Virus record (IMG/VR): IMGVR_UViG_3300014962_000011 | Location: 1-52,220 of that record | DNA length: 52,220 bases | DNA from: a virus | Taxonomy: Duplodnaviria; Caudoviricetes | Reading direction: 5' to 3' (one strand) | Part shown: positions 35,622-45,273 of the stretch, one piece after another | Layout of the letters: every line of letters begins with the position of its first letter | How positions within the stretch are numbered: the stretch's first letter is position 1 | Program-made: the position numbers and the translations under genes | Notes under the pieces: generated by a model | Database searches by the model: none | The model's input: the letters and a program-made list of their open reading frames with translations, nothing else | What the model was told of the DNA's origin: nothing

Positions 35622-36059
35622 TTACGCTTCTTTGGCAGTCTCAAATATAGGTTTGCCGTCCTTTTCGCCCACTATCTTCTTGTCAATGGAAATGTTCAGG
35701 CCGATAACCTTATATGTGCCGTCCGGATTGGTTACGCGCTCTTCTTTCCCGGTTTCCTCGTCAATCTCCGTCATAATAATGTCATTGGCCTTGTAGGTTT
35801 CGCCGCTCTTTACTTTGCCGGCCGGGAACCACCAAAGAACCATAGGATAGCCAAGCTCTGACGGATTTCGGTGATCCTGCGACCTGTTCAGCGCATCCAG
35901 TGTTGTTTGCATGTTTGGCATATTGCCGCGCTGAAGTTCCATTATCTGCACTGATTTAGTGACGGGGGCGCGCCGGCCAGGCTCCCGGTTAACTTTCACC
36001 AGGTACTTGTCGAAGCATTGTACATCCTTCGCATCGGGTGTGTTTGGTTTTCTGTTCAT
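35622..36059 (-). CDS. hypothetical head-module protein
   Basis: Between portal and scaffold. Confidence 0.6.
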   Translation of the reverse strand: MNRKPNTPDAKDVQCFDKYLVKVNREPGRRAPVTKSVQIMELQRGNMPNMQTTLDALNRSQDHRNPSELGYPMVLWWFPAGKVKSGETYKANDIIMTEIDEETGKEERVTNPDGTYKVIGLNISIDKKIVGEKDGKPIFETAKEA

Positions 36060-36078
36060 AATTGTTTGTTTTGAAGAT

Positions 36079-38022
36079 TTATGATACTAATTGCATTTCC
36101 TGTGTTCCTACTTTTTGAAGGTCGGCGGTCGTATATCCAAATACTCCATCCATCCCACCACCGGACATTGTAACATTTCGGTCAACTATATCTGTGACCT
36201 TGAATATGCGCCCGTTATGGTCTGATTTCTGCTCCTTGCCGTGTATCACCCTCACTTCGTCGCCAATGTTTATAATTTCGCCGGTCGCAGTCATAAGTAA
36301 TGCGTCGTATTTTTTCATCTCAACATACCGGGTGGTTACATATTGGCGAAGTTTCTCACGTAGAATAACCGCTCCGCCTTCATCTGGCACACTGGCTATG
36401 TCGTAATCAGTAAGCGTGCTTGTCCACTCATCAAAGTACTTTTTCTCCATGCGCTCAGTGAGCGATAATTGCGGATCCGTCCAAATGGTTTCTACCGGTT
36501 CATGGACGAACGGCTCTACCTGCCTGAGTAGTTCCGCCTTACGATATAATTCCGGGTTGCCGTCGAACTTATTTTCGTTGTACTCTATCAATAGCGTGTC
36601 GAGTGTGTACATAGGCGCTTTGCCCTGCACCGCCTTCAGGTATCTTTCCCAAGTGGCATCAGGGCTTTCTATCATAAACCGGTCTCCGCATATAATTGCG
36701 CTACCTTGAAACTGATCGCGGTATTTATACCACGCGCAGGCATCTATGATAAACCGCTGTATCGACACCTTCCACTTTCCAAACAGGCGCAGGCGCTCAT
36801 GTTGTGGCTGTGTATTTAGCTGCGCCTCATAAGCCGTCTTTGAAGTATCGCCGCCACCGCCGCCCGAAGACTTCTGCCCGGCTATTAACGTCCTGTTTTG
36901 ACCCGCAGATTCTGTCACACCCCATGTCGTCAAGTAGAAGTACTGCTCCAGCGTCATGTTATTATCGTACATGAACTGCAAGGCTGCTATATCTGATTCT
37001 ATTCGGCCTAGCGGGGGGTGTGGTATGCTCTTATTCTCGTCATTTCGGTAATCTACTATTGCCACGTCAGCGGTGCGCAAGAAAGGCAGATAGCCTTTGC
37101 CGTGACACTCGGGGCAGTCCTGACCGTCTAACAATGCGTGTCCGTCGCATGTGGGGCACTTAAATTTCTGCATCCACTCTTTAGGGAATACATTTCGCCA
37201 ATATGCCCATGAATACAACGCCCTGTCTGTAAGCATGGCATCCAGCAGATTCAGCGATACAGATAATGGGCTTTCAAAATAGTTGTCTACACCCCATATG
37301 TCCGATATAATCATGCAAGGAACGTAACCAAATTCGTTAGGCACTTCACTTACCACGGTCATATTCTCATATGTAGTCCCGATGCTGCCTCGTGATCCGA
37401 TAGATACGATCCTATCTGCCACATCGTCTATCACCCTGTACACCTTGTTTCTTGGTGGTGTGTCTGCCGGGATAATACCAGCAGATATATACGCGCCTCT
37501 TTCCTCCTTTCCTATCTCAAATACTACGTATTCGAGCGCGCGCCCATTGTTCAGGTAGTCATAAACCTCATCTATACACCTAACCCTCGGGTATGGCTCA
37601 TCGTCTGAATTTATCTCTATTTGAATAAGTCCGTTCGGATCGTAGTCGTAGCGCATCTGCACTATATTCCTAATCCATTCGTCGAGTGGCAGCCCTTCGG
37701 TTATAGACTGTAAGAATATGCTAAAATCAGTTTGCAGGTCTTCGGGCAGGTTGATTTGCGTGAGACCGCCCTTTGCCGTGTATATCTTGTTTCGCGGGGC
37801 CATTACACGGTGAATAGTATCCCTATTAGACCGCATGAACTTAACGAGGGTGTCTTTTGTCCCCTCGCGCATGAACTCTTCTATATTTTCGACGTAATCC
37901 TCAACACCTTCACCGGTAAAGAACATGCGCAGCTTTTGATATTGCGCTTGCGCGGCCTTTATAAAGTCTATGTTTGGCCTGTTGGTTATAATATCCAGTA
38001 TCTCTTTATAGTCGAGGGTCAT
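36079..38022 (-). CDS. portal protein with CxxCxG zinc-finger insert and C-terminal KOW/SH3-like extension
   Basis: 647 aa after terL; DPNGLI; CPTCDGH...CPECHGKG; INIGDEVRVIHG. Confidence 0.75.
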   Translation of the reverse strand: MTLDYKEILDIITNRPNIDFIKAAQAQYQKLRMFFTGEGVEDYVENIEEFMREGTKDTLVKFMRSNRDTIHRVMAPRNKIYTAKGGLTQINLPEDLQTDFSIFLQSITEGLPLDEWIRNIVQMRYDYDPNGLIQIEINSDDEPYPRVRCIDEVYDYLNNGRALEYVVFEIGKEERGAYISAGIIPADTPPRNKVYRVIDDVADRIVSIGSRGSIGTTYENMTVVSEVPNEFGYVPCMIISDIWGVDNYFESPLSVSLNLLDAMLTDRALYSWAYWRNVFPKEWMQKFKCPTCDGHALLDGQDCPECHGKGYLPFLRTADVAIVDYRNDENKSIPHPPLGRIESDIAALQFMYDNNMTLEQYFYLTTWGVTESAGQNRTLIAGQKSSGGGGGDTSKTAYEAQLNTQPQHERLRLFGKWKVSIQRFIIDACAWYKYRDQFQGSAIICGDRFMIESPDATWERYLKAVQGKAPMYTLDTLLIEYNENKFDGNPELYRKAELLRQVEPFVHEPVETIWTDPQLSLTERMEKKYFDEWTSTLTDYDIASVPDEGGAVILREKLRQYVTTRYVEMKKYDALLMTATGEIINIGDEVRVIHGKEQKSDHNGRIFKVTDIVDRNVTMSGGGMDGVFGYTTADLQKVGTQEMQLVS

Positions 38023-38040
38023 TATAGTAAGTGTTTGTTG

Positions 38041-38580
38041 TTACTGAATTATCTGGCTTACGGCTTTGCTGGTACGTTTTACCACGGCCTCAATCTCATT
38101 CTTCTGCTTAAACGTTGCATTGTTCCAAAAATCTTCAATAACCGCCATTTTGATAGGCGCTGAAATTTCCTGTAACTGCCGCTCTATTTCAAATGTGGCT
38201 TTGATCGTACCTATGGGGTCAAATTTTATTTTATTCAGTGCTGTTGCTCGAATCGTGCGGATAGCAAGCATTGACACCCCGGTATGCAGTTCGTGGAGCG
38301 GTTTTTGATTAAACTCAATAAATTCATTTATATTAAGGTTTAGCTCGAAGAAAGACATTTGATCTGAAATGCTCTTAAACGCACCATTAATTAGCCAAAG
38401 CTCTGCACTTTCCGGCAGCCTTATTTTTTCCACCTCTCTATCAAATATCGCCCTACAATCCGGGTGGTGAAAGATGGCGTTTAGCTTTTCTGGTGACATT
38501 ACGCCGGTAGCTGTCTTAGCTATGCCGGTTGTGTTGGCTGCTGTAATTGTGTTTTCTGCTGGTGTCATTGCGATTTCCAT
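38041..38580 (-). CDS. hypothetical protein
   Basis: Between terL and portal. Confidence 0.6.
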   Translation of the reverse strand: MEIAMTPAENTITAANTTGIAKTATGVMSPEKLNAIFHHPDCRAIFDREVEKIRLPESAELWLINGAFKSISDQMSFFELNLNINEFIEFNQKPLHELHTGVSMLAIRTIRATALNKIKFDPIGTIKATFEIERQLQEISAPIKMAVIEDFWNNATFKQKNEIEAVVKRTSKAVSQIIQ

Positions 38581-38591
38581 ATGGGTGTGTT

Positions 38592-39995
38592 TTATCTGCG
38601 TAAATATGTGTTATAACCAAATCTTTGCCTTTGCTGTTGTGGGCCGCGTATTATGGTGCAGTCTGCTTCTTGCTTTATCTCGAAGTACATCATCATAATG
38701 AGCATATCCAGATAGTCGGGCGAACGCCCTAGTAATTCTTTCATTAACTCCTTTTTGACAATGCGCTTCTTTGTTTCATCTTTATCAACACTCTCGGCCT
38801 TCAATACGCCAACTTCTTCTATTATCCGTTCTTTCTGCTCTGTGGTGCATATCACCTTTATCCTTCGCTCATTTATCGCACTGGCAAGCTCATAGGCGCA
38901 CTCTGCTTTTATGTTGGCATATTCTGCCTTATTGATTGCAGATGCGCCGCCGTGAAACTCTTTTATTCCAGTCAGGTAACTACCTTCGCCCTTGCTGTCA
39001 GTACCACCTAAGAAGTTACCCAGACCATCACTATCGGCAACCGTTTGACTGCGCGGCACGGCTTCATTTGTCATCGTAGCCTGTAAGTCGCGCACAATGG
39101 ATTTGCCTGTACTTTTTGGCTGATCTATTGGTATTCTCACCACCATGCCGTCACGAACCCCGACTATGAACCTATCCCGGCCCTGCATCGCCAAATCGGC
39201 GCTTATGTACTTCTTGCCCGTCGGCTTCACATGCTCATTGGTGAACATGTCGCAGATAGCATCGTAGTCACATAGTACTGTGGGGTCGTCGTCGTATTCC
39301 CAGTTGCCGAACAAAAGGCGCTCTTTCTGGTTGCGCGATAATGTGCGCATCAGGTTTTCGAGGTATCCATCGGGAAGGCATTTGTTATCCTGCGGTAAGG
39401 CCTGAACAAAACGCTTCCACGGCTCCAGATTCTTATCCTTATGCTTGCGGTAGTATTCGCGGTACAGGTAATTCTTTGACGGGTTACAGGTCTGCAATAG
39501 CTTACCTTTTAGCTTGTACACATCGTTCTTCCACCTGCCTATGCTTGCCCCCAGGTTGTTGACAGCGTCTTCATCAAACTCTCCCGATTCCTCACACCAA
39601 CCGCGCGTCATTTGCATCGAGCCAAAACGCATATAAAGCGGATCGCTCGGCATGAACTCAGCAGCCAGCAGGTAAACAACAGATTTATTGTGCAGCACGA
39701 AGCAATTATCTTGCCCATTGTACTTATACATGCTCTGCTTGATACCCCATTTCTCGAATACCTCATACACTGACGGTATCGTAAACTTACGCAGGTCTGA
39801 CAGCGTAGTACGGGCAATGAAATAGTGCGTACCCGGATAGATAAACGCATCACCAAATATCAAAGAACATCCTAAAAATGATTTACCACTACCCTTGCTG
39901 CCACCATATGCTATATGTGAGACTTCGTCATTAAGCCAATGCCTGCACACTTCTTTTTGCTTGTCGTTGCCTTGCGTATTAAAGACCAGCTCCAT
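38592..39995 (-). CDS. terL: terminase large subunit
   Basis: Walker A YGGSKGSGKS, Walker B WCEESGE, TCNP coupling motif, nuclease ISADLA...DSDGLG...SPDYLD. Confidence 0.93.
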   Translation of the reverse strand: MELVFNTQGNDKQKEVCRHWLNDEVSHIAYGGSKGSGKSFLGCSLIFGDAFIYPGTHYFIARTTLSDLRKFTIPSVYEVFEKWGIKQSMYKYNGQDNCFVLHNKSVVYLLAAEFMPSDPLYMRFGSMQMTRGWCEESGEFDEDAVNNLGASIGRWKNDVYKLKGKLLQTCNPSKNYLYREYYRKHKDKNLEPWKRFVQALPQDNKCLPDGYLENLMRTLSRNQKERLLFGNWEYDDDPTVLCDYDAICDMFTNEHVKPTGKKYISADLAMQGRDRFIVGVRDGMVVRIPIDQPKSTGKSIVRDLQATMTNEAVPRSQTVADSDGLGNFLGGTDSKGEGSYLTGIKEFHGGASAINKAEYANIKAECAYELASAINERRIKVICTTEQKERIIEEVGVLKAESVDKDETKKRIVKKELMKELLGRSPDYLDMLIMMMYFEIKQEADCTIIRGPQQQRQRFGYNTYLRR

Positions 39996-39996
39996 A

Positions 39997-40428
39997 CTAT
40001 TCTATTCGCATGCCTGTAACGGCAACATTCAATTCGCCCTCGTGCTTTATGTCCAGCTTATCGCCATACTTTTTAGGTGCCAGCTTTGACATAAGCCACT
40101 TACGAGCCTCTACGCGAAGTTTTGACCTGTTGGTTATCTCTTTATTCTCCTGCTCATAGGATTCCTCGCCCCTAACAATGGTCATCAAGTCATTACTCCC
40201 ATCGTCAGCAATATCGAGAATTTCATCGGCCATCAAATCCATCTGGTTTTCTTTCGCGCGCGTGTATCTGTCGCAGAGTTCTTTATCTTCTTTCAACCAA
40301 CGATAGAATGTAGCCCTATCTGGCATACCCTCCATGCTGCAAATAGACTTCAGCCCGAGAGTTGTAGTTTCTATCAGTTCGCATATTTGCTCAGCTTTTT
40401 CCTTGTTGTATTCGGTATTGGCTGCCAT
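39997..40428 (-). CDS. terS: terminase small subunit (Sf6/P22-like)
   Basis: ICELI...LKSIC...MPDRATFYRWL...YTRAKE...ADEILDIADD...SKLRVEARKWLMSKLAPKKYGD. Confidence 0.88.
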   Translation of the reverse strand: MAANTEYNKEKAEQICELIETTTLGLKSICSMEGMPDRATFYRWLKEDKELCDRYTRAKENQMDLMADEILDIADDGSNDLMTIVRGEESYEQENKEITNRSKLRVEARKWLMSKLAPKKYGDKLDIKHEGELNVAVTGMRIE

Positions 40429-40508
40429 AACAAATCAGTTAATTAAAAATGCCCACATAGACATGAAGGGCGTGAGTTGTGAATCGGGTTATAAGGGGCT
40501 GCGTCTGG

Positions 40509-40611
40509 TGCAACAATGTTGCATTTGACAGTACAATATTATGTAGGATATTTGTAATTTCCAAAATTCGGAATAAAATCTTTAAAATGGAATATTTGCC
40601 ATAATTTGGAC
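40509..40611 (-). promoter_or_regulatory. terS upstream control region with operator cluster
   Basis: Palindrome tgcaaca-a-tgttgca 40509-40523; TTCCaaaattcGGAA 40559-40573; half-site aaaatGGAA 40584-40592; TGCC-N7-GGAC 40597-40611. Confidence 0.5.
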
Positions 40612-40968
40612 AAAACCCACCTTGCGCCCTATCGGGCATCGTGAACCCCTCGATAACACATTGTGCCGGGCATGCTGCATAAAGCAGAACATTCCGACCT
40701 CAGTACCGGCGTTTTTAAGCTAATTTGGAAGTGGCGGCCCCACCCGTGAGCCTTGCAGTTCAGGACGTAGTGGGGCGAATGACGTCTGGAGGGTACGCGT
40801 ATGCCTGACTACTGCTTACTTGGCAATCTGGTATGAACAGGGTTATTAGGTAGTACAAAGTTAGGGGAATTGGGTGGAAAGAATATATTACTTTACAACG
40901 TCTTGATTATCAATTGGGTGTGATTTGGGATAATTATCCCATTCCTACAATCCCCCGAGCTTTTCAGA

Positions 40969-42111
40969 TTACCATTTGCTCATTGCATCGTCGAGGCGCT
41001 TTCCTTTTATCCTAAAGTATATTTCTGTGCTCGACCGCTTATTGTGCCCTAATAGCCGCTGAACTTCATCTATGCTCATGCCCAGCTCCGCACAACGCAT
41101 AGCAAATGAATGCCGGAATGAATGACTGCTTATGTCCTTCTTTGTGATCTCGGCAATCCCTATGAGTATTCCCAAAGCTTCATTAAATTCCTGGTTGGTG
41201 ATTTTGAGCGGCTTGTCTTTGATGTAGTCTACAACCTCTGAAATGTACTTGGTGAAAATGATGCTCACTATCTCCCCATTCTTTTGGGCATTTAGTACCA
41301 GCCTGCGCCCGCTGGCATCATGTATCACTTTCTTTGAGTAATCGAAATTTACAGCGTCGGAAAAGCGTAGCCCACTGTAACAGGAGAGTAGGGCATAGTA
41401 GCCAATCAGCCGGTTATGGTCTGTCATTGGCTTTGTCTTTACTGCGCTGTGGAAAGCCTGCATTTCAGCCCATTCGAGGTAGGCCGGTATTCCTTGCTTA
41501 TACTTGCCGGTGTCATAGTCTTTAAGTGGGTTCTTTTCAATAATGCCGCCAACTTTCAACGCGGTATTGCACATTGTCTTCATGAACTTAAATGACTTCC
41601 ACACCGTGTTATCATGATTGTGGAGCGTCTTACGCATGTAGTTCTCATAGCCCTGTAGCCACTTGTAGTTGATGTCTGAGAATAGCAGGGTAGGGGAGTG
41701 GGCTTTCATCTTTGTGATCTCGCTTTCATAGGTGCGTATCGTTTCTTTTGAGTACTTGGCGTTATCTATTTGCTCTGTAGCAAATGCATAGAAGTCGTGC
41801 TTGTTATCGGCTTTCAGCCCCATCATTCGGCGCCTAACATTATCCTCTGTAAATGCTATGCCTGCTTTCCTGTCTTCCTCAAATGCCGCTATAAGGTTGT
41901 GCTTTTCGTCCGATATTTCACGGTTGATGGCGTTGCCTGCAATGTTTTTTTTGGGGTCTACCTGTTCTTTTTTGCTGTCCCAGTGGCCGGGATTAACCTC
42001 TATGCCCAGATTTTTGAACAATCTTTTTTCGCCTTCGCATGGCAAAGTAACCTGCAAAGACAGCTTGCCACCATTGATGCACTTGATCTTTACCGTAGGT
42101 ATTTTTCTCAT
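40969..42111 (-). CDS. int: phage integrase (tyrosine recombinase, Bacteroidetes arm-binding type)
   Basis: N-terminal arm domain (LGIEVNPGHWD), SAM-like core, GLRFSD, QKNG, HSFRHSF, LGH, EIYF. Confidence 0.93.
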   Translation of the reverse strand: MRKIPTVKIKCINGGKLSLQVTLPCEGEKRLFKNLGIEVNPGHWDSKKEQVDPKKNIAGNAINREISDEKHNLIAAFEEDRKAGIAFTEDNVRRRMMGLKADNKHDFYAFATEQIDNAKYSKETIRTYESEITKMKAHSPTLLFSDINYKWLQGYENYMRKTLHNHDNTVWKSFKFMKTMCNTALKVGGIIEKNPLKDYDTGKYKQGIPAYLEWAEMQAFHSAVKTKPMTDHNRLIGYYALLSCYSGLRFSDAVNFDYSKKVIHDASGRRLVLNAQKNGEIVSIIFTKYISEVVDYIKDKPLKITNQEFNEALGILIGIAEITKKDISSHSFRHSFAMRCAELGMSIDEVQRLLGHNKRSSTEIYFRIKGKRLDDAMSKW

Positions 42112-42317
42112 TGCGATTGCTATTGTGGTTTCTATTGCGAATTAACGCAATTAGTGTCATAAAACGACAACAATCGACAAATATAAAAGTAGGTAGAAAC
42201 AAGAAGGGAAGCCGTTTGTGGCTTCCCTATTGCATTTTAGGCTTTTCAGCTCTGCGGACTGGACGGGACTATCTATTTGTATTGTAAATGCCCTGTCTAT
42301 TGCGATTTTTATTGCGG
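42110..42317. other. attP site; core matches a tRNA-Asp 3' end
   Basis: - strand AGTCCCGTCCAGTCCGCA (42253-42270) gives T-loop end, T stem, acceptor strand and G73. Hairpin agggaagcc/ggcttccct 42205-42228. Arm-like repeats tctattgcga at 42131-42140 and 42296-42305. Confidence 0.7.
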
Positions 42318-42323
42318 GGATAA

Positions 42324-43019
42324 TCATTTTTGCCGCTGCATAATGCCACTATTCCTATTGCGTTTTATCATTCCGGTAATGTCGTAAATGTGTATCACAT
42401 CGGCAAAATCTATGTCGAATGGCGGGTAGAAATATTCCCCTTCCATTGGCCCGTTTATGTGCTTGAGGTTATTGTCGCTGACGCACTTAAAGCCTGTTCT
42501 ATCCTTGTTGTAGTATAGCCTCTTGAATAACCTGTTGCCCTTTGTTACCAGCAGATACGTTTCCCCCGGCTGTATGAACTTGTCGAGGTTCAAACGTATG
42601 CCTACAACACAGCCGGGAGGGTAGGCTGGTGTCATACTATTGCCATACACGATAAATGCGGCCTGACTGTCTTTTAGCAGATCGCCGACGTTGATATATT
42701 CCTGTTCAACGGGGGTGTCGCTATAATGCATTTCCATGTCTGTTCCTGCCATTGCTTCTCCTAGTATTGGTACGCGCCTTTCGTTGTGTGACGCTGGCGG
42801 CGTAGGGGTTTGTGGTGGTGGATTTTCTATTTCTTGTGTGAATTTTTCTAATTCAGGATAAGCAGCATTGATTTTAGAAAGCATTTTTGGGGAAATATTG
42901 CTCCCTGTTTTGTCAATATTCCTCAAATAGCCATTACTTAACCCGGCTTTTTGCTCAAATGCCGTGTTTGTAATGTTTTGATTTTCAATGAATTTGAAAA
43001 TACTTTCTATTTTTCTCAC
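42324..43019 (-). CDS. cI: CI-like repressor (HTH + S24 peptidase)
   Basis: N-terminal FEQKAGLSNGYL HTH; VPILG, AG cleavage site (AMAG), VYGNSMTP, FKRL; divergent from cro. Confidence 0.88.
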   Translation of the reverse strand: MRKIESIFKFIENQNITNTAFEQKAGLSNGYLRNIDKTGSNISPKMLSKINAAYPELEKFTQEIENPPPQTPTPPASHNERRVPILGEAMAGTDMEMHYSDTPVEQEYINVGDLLKDSQAAFIVYGNSMTPAYPPGCVVGIRLNLDKFIQPGETYLLVTKGNRLFKRLYYNKDRTGFKCVSDNNLKHINGPMEGEYFYPPFDIDFADVIHIYDITGMIKRNRNSGIMQRQK

Positions 43020-43067
43020 AATTTTTCTAATTTTTATTTGGTAATTAGAAAATACTTTCTAATTTTG
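42991..43067 (+). promoter_or_regulatory. lytic promoter with CI/Cro operators
   Basis: TTTG 43037-43040, 19-nt spacer, TAATTTTG 43060-43067. Palindrome AATTAGAAA-atac-TTTCTAATT 43043-43064; second copy GAAAATACTTTCTA 42996-43009. Confidence 0.75.
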
Positions 43068-43088
43068 TGATGTCTTAATGAAATCGCA

Positions 43089-43313
43089 ATGAAATCACAG
43101 CAAAGTACAAAAATTCGCAAGTATCGCAAAGCGGTAAAGCTAACCCCCGCAGAAAAGCGTGCATTAAACGCTTTTGCCAAAGATTATAGCACCCAAGAAG
43201 AAGCCGCAGAGGCGATAGGAATAAAGGTTGGGGCATACGCACGAATCAAAGAACTAGGCCGGGGCAACTCTATCAACGTTGACAAAATACGTGAACGGAT
43301 TAAGGCCGCGTAG
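43089..43313 (+). CDS. cro: Cro-like HTH regulator
   Basis: TQEEAAEAIGIKVGAYARI HTH; first gene of the divergent operon. Confidence 0.7.
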   Translation: MKSQQSTKIRKYRKAVKLTPAEKRALNAFAKDYSTQEEAAEAIGIKVGAYARIKELGRGNSINVDKIRERIKAA

Positions 43314-43405
43314 TGTTAAGCCATCAAAACATGGGCCACTCACACAGCACGTAGCCACTTTTTAACACCCACATATAGTTACCAAGCATAGTAAAACTTT
43401 TAACA

Positions 43406-43615
43406 ATGTCAAAGGTCATTCAAATATCACTGTCGGACTTCAATAAGCTGGTGAGCGATGCAGCCAAGAAGGAGGTGAAGCCCATCGGAGTTAGCAGGCG
43501 CAAAGCATTACAGGCTACCGGCATGACACCACGCGAGTTGCGCACCGCTGTGCAATACGACCCATCTATCAAGATTAGGAATAATCGTTACGACCTAAAT
43601 AAACTCACCGCCTAA
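43406..43615 (+). CDS. excisionase-like small DNA-binding protein
   Basis: VSRRKALQATGM...RYDL winged-helix pattern near int/cro. Confidence 0.5.
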   Translation: MSKVIQISLSDFNKLVSDAAKKEVKPIGVSRRKALQATGMTPRELRTAVQYDPSIKIRNNRYDLNKLTA

Positions 43616-43631
43616 CATTTAAAAACGAGTT

Positions 43632-43904
43632 ATGAAAAAGAAAAGCAATCCGAAATACAGGGACTTACTTAACGCTATCGTGGATTACGGAGCAGCAAAT
43701 ATTGTAGTCAAAAATTCAGAAAATAAAGTTTGTCACAACGTCAAGAAAATAGCCATTGCCAAAGCAGATTATTTGTGGGATGGAGACGATGATATTTCAG
43801 CCGTTCATACTCGAACTACATGGAGGAAAATAGGCTACACAAAAAATGAAATTTCCGCAATGGGTATTGCGATACCTAAAGGATCGATAATACTTGAGTT
43901 TTAA
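43632..43904 (+). CDS. hypothetical protein
   Basis: Early operon ORF. Confidence 0.55.
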   Translation: MKKKSNPKYRDLLNAIVDYGAANIVVKNSENKVCHNVKKIAIAKADYLWDGDDDISAVHTRTTWRKIGYTKNEISAMGIAIPKGSIILEF

Positions 43905-43968
43905 CCACCCACTCCCACTTCACCATTCAACCAAAAACAATTATTCACAATAAATAAAACAGCAAATC

Positions 43969-44151
43969 ATGAGACCAATTACAACATCAAAACAGAGATC
44001 CTGCTATGGCGAAGGCTTATGCTTCCAGCCAATGGCGCAAACATTCGACTTTTCTAAGGAGCCGGCCGAGCGGCAGCTTATTGCATCCTACAAGGAGCAG
44101 CTTGGCAAGTCAAAGAATCACAAGTTCAAGACGATACTAAAGGTATCATAG
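43969..44151 (+). CDS. hypothetical protein
   Basis: A-rich initiation region. Confidence 0.5.
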   Translation: MRPITTSKQRSCYGEGLCFQPMAQTFDFSKEPAERQLIASYKEQLGKSKNHKFKTILKVS

Positions 44152-44450
44152 TTCACAACCACGCCAGAGCCAGCCCGTAGCCCACCAGCACGGGCCATTG
44201 GCGGCAAAACCATTCACCATTCAACCACCATAAATGAAAAGCAAGAAACAGAAAGAGCCAGAGGGCTACGTGAGAGATTACTACGTCGGCAATGCGTTCC
44301 TAGTCGGGTTATGTATAGCTATGGCGTGGGCATTGATTAAAGCGGTTCAAAGCATCGGGCAATGGCACTAAGATACGAGCGTGCAATATACGCGATACTG
44401 GCTGCGAGCCTTACAACATTGATTGTTTACGAGTACTTAACATTTTTTGT

Positions 44451-44789
44451 ATGAAAAACATTTGGACACCCAAAGACATTGAAGCGGGAATGCTTATAAT
44501 AAGAGAGAGCAGCCCCAAAAAATCAACCAATCTTTCATTTGCCACTACGGTTACCTACAAAATAGGCTTTGGGCATTTTGGCGAAAAGGGAAAGAGCGAA
44601 AAGGGGTACGATACGGATCAGCAATATTGCAAGATAGCTGTATTTACTGATGGATTGGTATATCCTGTAGGATTTACCAAGCAAGACCTGTGCGATGCCT
44701 TAAACAAAGACGAAATCGGGTACAGGCCGCTCACTATCGATGAGGCTATATCACTCCTGGAGCACAGCAAAAGTCAGCTATTCTATTAA
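44451..44789 (+). CDS. hypothetical protein
   Basis: Early operon ORF. Confidence 0.6.
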   Translation: MKNIWTPKDIEAGMLIIRESSPKKSTNLSFATTVTYKIGFGHFGEKGKSEKGYDTDQQYCKIAVFTDGLVYPVGFTKQDLCDALNKDEIGYRPLTIDEAISLLEHSKSQLFY

Positions 44790-44819
44790 CACTCACCCCA
44801 ACCAACTAACATTCATTTT

Positions 44820-45056
44820 ATGATACTCCAAGAAGCTATTGAAAAGCAAGTTGATATTCAGTGTGACAGCATGAAAGAACGTCGAGCTGTTGAGAAAATA
44901 CTTAAATCTAGCGGCGTTGAACTATGGGATGAATTTAGTAAGCATAACCTAACTATATCCCTGTACAATTCCCGCCGATACGACGTTGTGTCTGGAAGCG
45001 ATATCGGTATAACAGTTATCCCCGCCACCGCATTCATCACCTCAAACACGAAGTAA
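44820..45056 (+). CDS. hypothetical protein
   Basis: Shares VxIxC...GxTxxPAxxF with 45270-45659. Confidence 0.6.
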   Translation: MILQEAIEKQVDIQCDSMKERRAVEKILKSSGVELWDEFSKHNLTISLYNSRRYDVVSGSDIGITVIPATAFITSNTK

Positions 45057-45057
45057 C

Positions 45058-45273
45058 ATGGACAACACAAAGACAGGGGGCGCGGCGTTCCCGGTGCCAT
45101 ATCCTAATAGCGAACAAGGTATGCTACTCATTGACTATTTCGCAGCTAAGGCGATGCCATCCATAATAACCCGATCTATGGGATTGAAGGGCATAAAAGA
45201 AAGTAACATAGCGGCGGCAGCATACGAAATAGCCGCTGCCATGCTCAACGAACGTCAAAACTATATCAAATGA
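45058..45273 (+). CDS. conserved phage protein (GGxAFP...DYFAAKAM family)
   Basis: TGGAAFP...GMLLIDYFAAKAM...AYEIAAAML. Confidence 0.75.
   Translation: MDNTKTGGAAFPVPYPNSEQGMLLIDYFAAKAMPSIITRSMGLKGIKESNIAAAAYEIAAAMLNERQNYIK

Noticed and set aside
40525-40552. dif-like site
   Set aside because: Only a partial XerD-arm resemblance (ttatgtaggat) and no XerC arm.
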